A DNA stretch of 64,000 nucleotides from Caulobacteraceae bacterium (GTDB lineage Bacteria; Pseudomonadota; Alphaproteobacteria; Caulobacterales; Caulobacteraceae): positions 963-64,962 of the forward strand of contig JAYTXQ010000227.1 of the NCBI GenBank assembly GCA_043742825.1. The letters run 5' to 3'. Made by a program: the position numbers and the translations under genes. Numbering within the stretch: the stretch's first letter is position 1; the number at the start of each line of letters is the position of its first letter. The notes beneath the pieces are model-generated. The model was not told where the DNA came from. It made no database searches and worked only from the letters and a program-made list of their open reading frames with translations. Shown here piece after piece: positions 28,584-36,194 of the stretch.

Positions 28584-29963
28584 ATGACCTCCGCCATTCC
28601 CGACCGACCGAAAACCGCCCAGGCGCTGCTAGCCCATCTCGCTGCGTCGCCGCTCCCCTATGCCAAGGTTGCCGTCTTCGACATCGACGGGGTCATGCGC
28701 GGCAAATACATGGCCAAGGATAAGCTCTCGGCGGCTCTGGAAACCGGTTACGGCTTCTGTGACGTCGTCCTGGGGTGGGATAGCCAGGACCAGCTCTACG
28801 ACAATACCCGCCTCACCGGCTGGCTCACCGCCTATCCCGATGCTCAGGTGCGTCTGGTGCCGGAAACCACCCGCATCCTGCCGCTTGAGGACGGCGTGCC
28901 TTTGGTGCTGGGCGAGTTTGCCGGCAAGATGCAGGCGATTTGCCCCCGGTCGCTGTTGCGCCGGGTCCTGCAGCGCGCCGATGATCTGGGTTTTGCTGTC
29001 AAATCCGCAGCCGAATTTGAGTTTTTTGTCTTCGAGGAAACCCCCAACTCGGTGCGCGAAAAAGACTACCGCAACCTCAAAACCATCACCCCTGGTAATT
29101 TCGGCTATTCGTTGCTGCGCGCCGGCGTACACGCAGACTTCTACCGCGATCTTTTAGACCTGTGCCTGGACATGGATATGGAGCTTGAGGCGCTGCATAC
29201 CGAGACCGGCCCGGGCGTAATTGAGGCGGCGATCCGGTATGACGAAGCCATGGCGTCCGCCGACAAGGCGGCCCTGTTCAAGACCATGACCAAGATCCTG
29301 GCGCAGCGCCGAGGCTGGATGGCCACCTTCATGGCTAAGTGGTCAAACGCCTGGCCGGGGCAATCGGGGCACCTGCATGTGTCCCTGGTGGACAAGGTTA
29401 CCGGCGCGCCGGTGTTCTTCGCCGCCGACAAGCCGATGGGCATGTCCGACACGATGCGCTGGTTCGTTGGCGGGCAGCAGGCCCTGATGCCCTCGCTGCT
29501 CAGCATGATCGCCTGTACGGTAAACAGCTACACACGCCTGATCCCAGGATATTGGGCCCCCACTAGCGCCAGTTGGGGTTATGAAAACCGCACCTGTGCC
29601 TTACGCGTTATAGGCGGCGCAGCCAGCGCGCAGCGAGTGGAATACAGGATCGCTGCCGCCGACATCAATCCCTATGTCGCCTTCGCTGCGGCCATTGGCT
29701 CGGGCCTCTGGGGTATAGAAAACCACATTGAACCGACCGCACCCACCGAGGGTAACGCCTATGCCAAGTCATTCGCCGCCAAAATGTCATTGCCTCAGAC
29801 TCTGTGGGATGCTGCCCAGCGGCTGAAAACATCCAAACCGGCACGGGCCCTCTTCGGCGATGCCTTTGTCGACCATTATGCCGCGACACGAGAATGGGAA
29901 GAACGCGAGGCACGCAAAGCCGTTACCGACTGGCAGCTACGCCGCTATTTCGAAATCATCTGA
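28584..29963 (+). CDS. glutamine synthetase family protein (gamma-glutamyl-amine synthetase type)
   Basis: 459 aa. GS beta-grasp region VFDIDGVMRGKYM and catalytic-domain blocks AAEFEFFVFEE, LHTETGPGVIEAAI, SGHLHVSL and ENRTCALRV. Confidence 0.85.
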   Translation: MTSAIPDRPKTAQALLAHLAASPLPYAKVAVFDIDGVMRGKYMAKDKLSAALETGYGFCDVVLGWDSQDQLYDNTRLTGWLTAYPDAQVRLVPETTRILPLEDGVPLVLGEFAGKMQAICPRSLLRRVLQRADDLGFAVKSAAEFEFFVFEETPNSVREKDYRNLKTITPGNFGYSLLRAGVHADFYRDLLDLCLDMDMELEALHTETGPGVIEAAIRYDEAMASADKAALFKTMTKILAQRRGWMATFMAKWSNAWPGQSGHLHVSLVDKVTGAPVFFAADKPMGMSDTMRWFVGGQQALMPSLLSMIACTVNSYTRLIPGYWAPTSASWGYENRTCALRVIGGAASAQRVEYRIAAADINPYVAFAAAIGSGLWGIENHIEPTAPTEGNAYAKSFAAKMSLPQTLWDAAQRLKTSKPARALFGDAFVDHYAATREWEEREARKAVTDWQLRRYFEII

Positions 29964-29989
29964 CTTCACCCCTGTTTTTAGGAAATCTG

Positions 29990-31177
29990 TTGACCGCCTC
30001 CCTTATCGGCAATTGGAATTACCCGACCCGCATCCTCAGCGGACCAGGCCGCATCGCCGATCTTGGCGGGGCTTGCGCAGCCACCGGTATAACGCAACCT
30101 CTGGTGGTCACTGATAGAGGGCTGGCGGGCGGCACGGTTATGGCGGCTGTGGGATTGGCCCTGCAAAGCGTCGGCCTCTCGTTCGCCGTCTATGCCGAAG
30201 TCAAGGGCAATCCTGTGGGGGCTAACGTCGATGACGGCGTGGCGGTCTATCGCGCCGGCGGCCACGATGGCGTGATCGCTGTGGGCGGTGGCTCCGCCCT
30301 TGATGTCGGCAAGGCCATAGCCTTTATGTCCGGCCAATCCCGGCCTCTCTGGGACTTTGAAGATGTGGGTGACTGGTGGACGAGGGCCGACCCCGCCGGC
30401 ATAGCCCCGATCATCGCGGTACCCACCACTGCCGGTACCGGGTCGGAAGTCGGTCGCGCCAGCGTGGTGGTCAAACAAGATACCCACGAAAAGAAGATCA
30501 TTTTTCACCCGAAGATGCTCCCGGCGATCGTTATCGCCGACCCCGAACTGACCACGGGCCTGCCGCAGCACCTCACCGCCGCCACCGGCCTGGACGCTTT
30601 TGTCCACTGTTTCGAAGCCTTCTGTGCACCCGGTTTTCACCCCATGGCCGACGGCATCGCTCTCGAAGGCATGGCGCTAGTGAAAACCCATCTACCGCGC
30701 GCCTTCGCCGACGGCCAGGATCTGGAGGCCCGCTCGCGGATGCTTGCCGCCGCCAGTATGGGGGCAACGGCTTTCCAGAAGGGCCTGGGCGCAGTCCACT
30801 CGATTTCCCATCCGGTCGGGGCTTTTTATGACACCCACCATGGCCTGACCAATGCAGTGGTTCTGCCTTATGTCATGGTCTTCAACCGTCCGATGATCGA
30901 AATGCAGATGACAAAGCTCGCCCGTTACCTGGATCTTCCGGGCCAGGGGTTCGACGCGGTCCTGGCCTGGGTGCTGCAGTTTCGCCAGGCCCTGAGCATT
31001 CCTGAAACCCTGGCGGCGCTGAACGTTCCGTTGCACCAGGCGGACCTGATCGGCGAACACGCCCAGCGCGATCCCTCAACCAGCGGCAACCCCCGCCCCA
31101 CCGACGCCGCTGCCATGACGCGGATATTTCGGGCTGCTGTGGCGGGGGATCTCAGTTCTAAAGGCGTCGGAGCCTGA
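29990..31177 (+). CDS. iron-containing (group III) alcohol dehydrogenase
   Basis: ORF 29804..31177. I chose TTG 29990 (AGGA 6 nt upstream) because it lies after the GS stop. GGGSALDVGKAIAF and the His-rich metal site (...HCFEAF..., HSISHPVG) are present. Confidence 0.8.
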   Translation: MTASLIGNWNYPTRILSGPGRIADLGGACAATGITQPLVVTDRGLAGGTVMAAVGLALQSVGLSFAVYAEVKGNPVGANVDDGVAVYRAGGHDGVIAVGGGSALDVGKAIAFMSGQSRPLWDFEDVGDWWTRADPAGIAPIIAVPTTAGTGSEVGRASVVVKQDTHEKKIIFHPKMLPAIVIADPELTTGLPQHLTAATGLDAFVHCFEAFCAPGFHPMADGIALEGMALVKTHLPRAFADGQDLEARSRMLAAASMGATAFQKGLGAVHSISHPVGAFYDTHHGLTNAVVLPYVMVFNRPMIEMQMTKLARYLDLPGQGFDAVLAWVLQFRQALSIPETLAALNVPLHQADLIGEHAQRDPSTSGNPRPTDAAAMTRIFRAAVAGDLSSKGVGA

Positions 31178-31313
31178 GAAATTTGCCGACCAGTGACGCA
31201 AAGCTCTCCAGTCGAAAAGTGGGGCACACACTCTTAAACCCATCGATCATCGTTAGAACGCGGAATCATCGTCGCCACTGTCGGCGTTAGGCGCCGGCTT
31301 CGGCGGTCGTCCG
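31130..31313. repeat. direct duplication, copy A (3' end of the Fe-ADH gene + spacer + 3' end of the RAYT-like gene)
   Basis: Aligns by eye with 33571-33793 (GGCTGCTGTGGCGGGG.ATCTCAGT.CT.AAGGCGTCGGAGCCT.AGAA ... GACACACACTCTTAAACC ... CGTCGCCACTGTCGGCGT.AGG..CCGG.TTCGGCGGTCG.CCG). Copy B has about 45 extra nt. Confidence 0.8.
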
Positions 31314-31811
31314 GGTGGCGGTTCGGCCAGATCGCGACCCATGGGCACCGATAAGGCCTTGACCCAGTCGGCCGCCCTCAAGGGCCGGCCAGTGGATGAG
31401 GCTCGGCGGAGTTTGCGCAGGGCCTTTGCCTCTATATCCACCCCAAGGAACGCGATTAACGCAGGTGCCTGTTCCCCGCAGCCTGAGCTATGGCCTCTAG
31501 CCGCCCTAGAGCTTGATGATGTTTCATAGAAACATCTGAATCAAGCTCTACACTTTGGGTTTAGAGCAGGATTCTGCTTTTTAATGATTCTATCAAAAAC
31601 CATCCTGCTCTAGCGCGGCAAACAGATGCACGTGGTTTGGCATCAGGCAGCAGGACTAGACTTCCACCTGCGCATCGTTGAACGCCTTGGCGGCGATGCC
31701 CAGATAAGCGCGATAGTCGGTCTCACAGAAAAATGTGCGCTGACGACGGTTACCGCGCTACGTGACATGGTGTAGCGCACCGGCGATAACGATCCTGGCC
31801 TGCCTGGGCAC
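31253..31811 (-). pseudogene. RAYT-like HUH transposase pseudogene (two in-frame TAGs, internal deletion/insertion)
   Basis: Minus-strand translation from GTG 31811: VPRQARIVIAGALHHVT*RGNRRQRTFFCETDYRAYLGIAAKAFNDAQVEV*SCCLMPNHVHLFAA. The HUH motif is HVH. TAGs lie at 31758-31760 and 31656-31658. The C-terminal piece (ORF 31253..31441) ...STGRPLRAADWV...GRPPKP fits RAYT tails. The middle is replaced by palindromes 31508-31613. Confidence 0.6.
31508..31613. repeat. pair of TAGAGC...GCTCTA palindromic hairpin elements nested inside the transposase pseudogene
   Basis: 31508-31551 is TAGAGCTTGATGATGTTTCATAGAAACATCTGAATCAAGCTCTA. 31563-31613 is TAGAGCAGGAT...ATCCTGCTCTA and contains TAGAATCAT, which is shared with the element at 59793-59870. 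Confidence 0.7.
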
Positions 31812-32201
31812 GGGGCGTTCCTGCGGAACAAGACGTTAAATTGTTCACGCATTGTTCTCTATGGTAATAGCTGTTTACTGCTGATCGCGTGACGATCGCT
31901 AGGGATCGACGGAAAGAGTGTGTGTCCCGGTTTCTGCCTGAGCAGCATTGCGGACGCCTCGGCAGTCGCTCGCGGCGGGGCCTCGATCGCTTCTACCGCA
32001 CGACTTTTCGCGTCGACCCGAACGGCCCGGCGGCATTGGCACACCTCCGCCTTCAGCATGTCGCTCTCCATCTGTCGGTCGGCAGACACTTAGGCATGGA
32101 CGGCAGACCTTGAGCGGGGTGACGGCTGCCCATACCCCATGATGCCGGCAAAACAGCGTCAGGAAACCAACTCGGTCACCACCCAGGACCAAGCAGGCTT
32201 G

Positions 32202-33041
32202 TCAGCCTAAAGTGGCCTTCCTCTGACGCGAGGATCGCAGCGCGACGCCTAGGCCACCGAATCCCAGTAGCATCAAAGCCCAGGCCGAGGGTTCGGGAGC
32301 TGTTGCCTCGCCCAGGAAGGCTAAGCCGTCGATTGTGTCAGTGATCCCACCGAAGGGCCGGAAACCTCCGTTCAGCGCTGTGCCTGTAAGTGAATAGGGA
32401 ACGATGGAACCACCCTCCATTCCGACCCACAGAATGTGGTCGGCGGCGTCATAGGCCAAGCCGCCGGCGTTGTTGGGCGTACTAAATTGCGCCGTGAAGA
32501 CGTTTGTCACGGGATCCCATATACCCACCTGTCTGGCACCCCAGTGGGTTATCCAGATTTTACCGCCGACGTAGGACATGCCGACCACGTCGGGTTGAGA
32601 CTGATTGCTGAGAATGGCACCTGTGGTGATGTCGATCCGTTGAATGCCGTTACCAAATTGACCGTGATACAGCGACGTTCCGGTCCAGATCATGTCTTCG
32701 TTACAGCAACCCGTCTGGATGCCGGGAACGGAAATCGAGCCCAAAAGGGAGCCTGTGTAGCTGACTTTGTTGATTTTCCCGCTGAATGGATCGCCCGCGT
32801 ACAGAAAATTTTGCCCGCTTACGTCAGTCAAGCCATTGATATGAAAAGTGGTGTTATAATTAGTCTGGCTGACAAAGGCCGCGCCGCTCACCGAGACCAC
32901 GCCTAAGATATCCGGCAGTGTGTTGTTGAAACTTCTGACGTCGGCACCGACAAACAGCTTGCCGGCGGTCGCGCCGGCCGAAAAAGCCGGAATCGTCATC
33001 GCAATCGCAAGCGCCGCGATATATTTCTTATGAACCTTCAT
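32202..33041 (-). CDS. PEP-CTERM sorting-domain protein (beta-propeller-like body)
   Basis: 279 aa. Signal peptide MKVHKKYIAALAIAMTIPAFSAGA. C-terminus APEPSAWALMLLGFGGLGVALRSSRQRK. Followed upstream by ~440 bp of unusually A/T-rich non-coding DNA. Confidence 0.8.
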   Translation of the reverse strand: MKVHKKYIAALAIAMTIPAFSAGATAGKLFVGADVRSFNNTLPDILGVVSVSGAAFVSQTNYNTTFHINGLTDVSGQNFLYAGDPFSGKINKVSYTGSLLGSISVPGIQTGCCNEDMIWTGTSLYHGQFGNGIQRIDITTGAILSNQSQPDVVGMSYVGGKIWITHWGARQVGIWDPVTNVFTAQFSTPNNAGGLAYDAADHILWVGMEGGSIVPYSLTGTALNGGFRPFGGITDTIDGLAFLGEATAPEPSAWALMLLGFGGLGVALRSSRQRKATLG

Positions 33042-33570
33042 CCCTATTTCCCTTCGGCTTGGCGCGAGGCACCGAGAACCGCACTTGATCGCGGGAGCGG
33101 AATCCCGCTGGTGGGTATAATACGCTGGACTCTCCGTGACCTATCGCACGGAAGCAAAAATTTTAACACAAAAATGACCCTATCTCAGCAATCAATTCTG
33201 TCAAGATAAAAGGGCCGCTTGTCCATAGTAATCAGATGCGTTGGCGCAATCTTCAACCTTTAGGCGGGTCACACACCCTTATGGACTGCACCCCTGGACT
33301 GAGACAGGGAAAACAGGGACAGTTCTAACGAAGGAGAACCGATACCCCACGAAGAACGACGAAGTTACAGCTGAGAGGACAAGCTGAAGGCAGTTGAAGG
33401 TTTCGTCACGGAATGAAAGAGTGATAACTTATTAGAACAATATAAAATCCAGTATTTGGTCACAGTAGCCGGGTGAGCGTTGCTATGGTCACTGTCGATT
33501 CAACGGGCGACGTGCCGCCGGACAGGCAAACAAAAGGGCAAACAAAAGGGTCAGAGTCACTTCTATCCCC

Positions 33571-33793
33571 CAGGCTGCTGTGGCGGGGCATCTCAGTCCT
33601 CAAGGCGTCGGAGCCTAAGAATTTTGCCGACCGGTGACGCAAAGCGCTCCTCCTCCTCCTGGCTCGCGAAACAAATCAAGATTTGTGCATTTTCGAAAAG
33701 CGGGACACACACTCTTAAACCTATAGATCATCATGAGAACGCGAGAATATCGTCGCCACTGTCGGCGTCAGGTACCGGTTTCGGCGGTCGCCC
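33571..33793. repeat. direct duplication, copy B (orphan copy of the Fe-ADH 3' end + RAYT 3' end)
   Basis: See copy A. It contains a non-functional copy of the last ~16 ADH codons. On the minus strand it also has a remnant ...GRPPKPVPDADSGDDILAFS* (33731-33793) of the RAYT tail. Confidence 0.8.
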
Positions 33794-33902
33794 GCGAAAA
33801 GAAAGGGGGCAGAGTCAATGAAACGCAAGTCTGCGTGATAATCGGATTCCGCGACACCTTTATTCTCTCCGACCCCATTCCTGCACTCGAACGTCAGAGT
33901 TC

Positions 33903-34004
33903 ATGAACCACAAACGGGACCTGACCCTGGATCAGATCCGTCGGATGCAACCCGCCTGGCGCATTCCCATCGACGCCCTGGTTGGACTCGAAAACCAAGT
34001 CTGA
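33903..34004 (+). pseudogene. remnant of an XRE/HigA-type HTH antitoxin (C-terminal ~33 codons)
   Basis: MNHKRDLTLDQIRRMQPAWRIPIDALVGLENQV* resembles the ...GKRELT..QIR.LA..F.IP...L ending of HigA-like HTH proteins. The upstream frame is broken. Confidence 0.3.
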
Positions 34005-34112
34005 CTTAAAAAAGACTATGGGTTACGATGGATACGAGCGGTTTAGCGTCGGCGCGCATGGGAAGGGAGCTATGGAAGACTCGCTGAAGCCGGTTGGCCG
34101 TTCCAGTGGTTG

Positions 34113-35192
34113 TCAATCCAGTTCGATGACAATCCCGCGTGATGGATTGGTTTGGCCTTTGACCGTGGCGACGAAAGCCTGCATCGCGCTTTCGAGACCG
34201 TTGTTGCGATCAACCTGAACCACGCCGGCAACTTCGCTAAGGAAGGCATGCCAGCGCTCTGCCACCGCGTCGGCGAAGGCCTTTGGCCCTGCCGCATTGA
34301 TCGCTGCTGCGGCCTCGTCTGGCGCAAAGAAGAAGACAGGCTTTGGACCAGGTAAAGGGGCATCAGTGGCAGCGTCACGCGCGTCCACGTGGGTTACGCC
34401 GACCAAGCAGGAATAGGCCAGGTAGTCGCCGAGCACCGTGTGAATTTCCCTCCGGATACTGCCATTTCCGGCGAAATCCACCGATACGCTTGCCACTGGA
34501 GCCAGCGAGGCGATCTCGCCGTAGTCCAGAACCTCGTCGTAAAGGCCACTCTCTCGAACGAAGGTCAGATTGGGTGTTGAGGTCAGGCCAATGCGACGGA
34601 TTGCCGGCGATCCGTCGCGGGCAACGCTGGCCATCGCCAGCGCGGTCTTGGACGAGGCACTGGTCATGATCACCGTTCCGGCACCATGCCAACCCTGGCG
34701 ACGAAACATCGACTCAAGCAGAAACCCGGTCTTGAACAGGGGGCCGAAGATCATCCGTTCCGCTTCCCGCGCTGGGTCATGCTCGGGGTCGGCGGCAAGG
34801 CGGCTGTAGGTATTGTAAATCGCGGCCATTGGTTGGCGGTGCGCAGTGGCATCGACAAATTGCCCGACCCTGATGCGGTCTGGTAGGACGTCGAGATGCG
34901 TCCCCATGGGCATGTAGCCGTAGACGCGTTCGCCAACCAGAATGTCCGGGTGGCATGACTCGACGACGACCGCGTGTCCCCACATGGGAACCACGCCCTT
35001 GCCCTGCGGTGCCGGGAAAAAGTTCCAATAGCCAAGCATGTCGCCCGCGACGGCATAGGTGACATTGTTAGCCGTCACCGCGAAACTCTGCACCGCCAGC
35101 CTGACCCCATGCTCGGCCAAAGCAGGCAAGGGCTGGTCGGCGATAGTCGCACTGACGATGTTGGTCCTGTCGACATGGACAATTCTGGACAT
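34113..35192 (-). CDS. DUF2855 family protein
   Basis: ORF 34113..35234; ATG 35192 (AAGGA upstream). VQSFAVTANNVTYAVAGDMLGYWNFFPAP...VPMWGHAVVVES...GERVYGYMPM matches my recollection of DUF2855. Confidence 0.65.
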   Translation of the reverse strand: MSRIVHVDRTNIVSATIADQPLPALAEHGVRLAVQSFAVTANNVTYAVAGDMLGYWNFFPAPQGKGVVPMWGHAVVVESCHPDILVGERVYGYMPMGTHLDVLPDRIRVGQFVDATAHRQPMAAIYNTYSRLAADPEHDPAREAERMIFGPLFKTGFLLESMFRRQGWHGAGTVIMTSASSKTALAMASVARDGSPAIRRIGLTSTPNLTFVRESGLYDEVLDYGEIASLAPVASVSVDFAGNGSIRREIHTVLGDYLAYSCLVGVTHVDARDAATDAPLPGPKPVFFFAPDEAAAAINAAGPKAFADAVAERWHAFLSEVAGVVQVDRNNGLESAMQAFVATVKGQTNPSRGIVIELD

Positions 35193-35295
35193 CGGCTTTT
35201 TCCTTACTGTTCGAGGTTGGATGAGCACACACACTCTATTGAACTTGCCCCAAAGGGAAGGTAGGCGGCTCGCCGAAGTGTCATCCTTTTGCGAG

Positions 35296-35823
35296 TTAGA
35301 GCAGGTGCCGGGACTGCAGATCCGCCGTAAAGGTCGTCAGCGGCATGACAAGAGTAAGTGCCTTATCGCGCAGCGGTTCGGCGCCGTAACCGGCGTACCA
35401 TTTGGCGGCCCGCTCGCTCTTGGCGTCGATGATCAGCAACACGCCGCCGACCTGCGTGGCGATCCGCAGGCAGCGCAGGGCAGCGGCCGCCAGGAGTTGT
35501 CCACCGAGCCCGTGCCCTGCCACCATGATATCAGTCGCGATGCGCGCGAGCTTGAACCCGGAAACCTCATGCCGGGCCAGACCCTTCACCATTGCTGCGG
35601 GTGCGTCGTCATGGGCAACAGCGGAGGGTGTGATTGTGTAGAAACCGAGGATCGTGTTTGGGAATGAAATATCGATCGCACAGAAGGTCTTTGAGGCGTT
35701 CTGGTCGTGACTTTGTCGCGCATGACGACAGAGGAAATCGTTCATCTGCCCGTCGCCGCAATCGAAAGCCGCCCGATCATGAGACTTCGAGATCGGCTCC
35801 TCGCGCCATATCGGAACCGTCAT
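35296..35823 (-). CDS. GNAT-family type II toxin (TacT/KacT-like acetyltransferase)
   Basis: 175 aa. ...HDRAAFDCGDGQMNDFL... and LARIATD...GHGLGGQLL. ATGA overlap with the upstream DUF1778 antitoxin gene. Confidence 0.8.
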   Translation of the reverse strand: MTVPIWREEPISKSHDRAAFDCGDGQMNDFLCRHARQSHDQNASKTFCAIDISFPNTILGFYTITPSAVAHDDAPAAMVKGLARHEVSGFKLARIATDIMVAGHGLGGQLLAAAALRCLRIATQVGGVLLIIDAKSERAAKWYAGYGAEPLRDKALTLVMPLTTFTADLQSRHLL

Positions 35824-36098
35824 ATCGTGTTGGGCAAGGCCGCAATGGCACCCCGGAGTTTAACGTTGGGCTTGGGAGGATTTTCAAGCAGTTCCAGAAC
35901 GCGCGCATAGTCGCGGCCCGATAAGTGTAGCATTTCGGCCTCCTCAATAACTGCGTCCGCCTCCCGCAGTGCCGTCTGCGTTACGAAGCTCGTCAGGTCG
36001 GTGTGGCGAAGCGCAGCCGCCCGCACAAGTCGCGCTTTAACCTCTGCTCTGACCCGCAGGTTCATCCGTTCGTTGTTGTCAACGGCGGTCCGGGGCAT
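35820..36098 (-). CDS. DUF1778 (TacA-like RHH) antitoxin
   Basis: ORF 35820..36125; ATG 36098 preferred (AGGAG 8 nt upstream). ERMNLRVRAEVKARLVRAAALRHTDLTSFVTQTALREADAVIEE...LENPPKPNVKL is the DUF1778 pattern. Confidence 0.8.
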   Translation of the reverse strand: MPRTAVDNNERMNLRVRAEVKARLVRAAALRHTDLTSFVTQTALREADAVIEEAEMLHLSGRDYARVLELLENPPKPNVKLRGAIAALPNTI

Positions 36099-36194
36099 GA
36101 CTTTCACTCCTGATTTTGTACTCACCTAAGGCGTACACATACCCATGGTCGTGTCAAATTTCAAGGGTGCCGCCGACCGTCCGCATACCGCCCC

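Larger units (their letters stand above)
31214..31934 (-). mobile_element. decayed REP-associated tyrosine transposase (RAYT-like, IS200/IS605 HUH Y1 superfamily) unit bounded by inverted short repeats
   Basis: Core GGGRCACACACTCTT occurs at 31214-31240 and, inverted, at 31911-31934, bracketing the transposase remnant. A third copy lies at 33695-33721. Confidence 0.55.

Noticed and set aside
31859-32192. ORFs 31859..32089 (-), 31889..32113 (+) and 31899..32192 (-) between the RAYT relic and the PEP-CTERM gene.
   Set aside because: They are mutually overlapping, with no RBS, no family resemblance and odd composition. I treat them as non-coding or decayed DNA of the insert.
33042-33480. A/T-rich ~440-nt region upstream of the PEP-CTERM gene, examined for a sigma-54 promoter or riboswitch.
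   Set aside because: No convincing TGGCAC-N5-TTGC match or known riboswitch core was visible by eye. It is left as unexplained non-coding DNA and is mentioned under the duplication finding.
33480-33821. 113-aa ORF across the A/T-rich spacer and duplication copy B.
   Set aside because: It reads through a 12-nt tandem duplication (GCAAACAAAAGG x2) and the dead copy of the ADH 3' end in a different frame. It has no start context.
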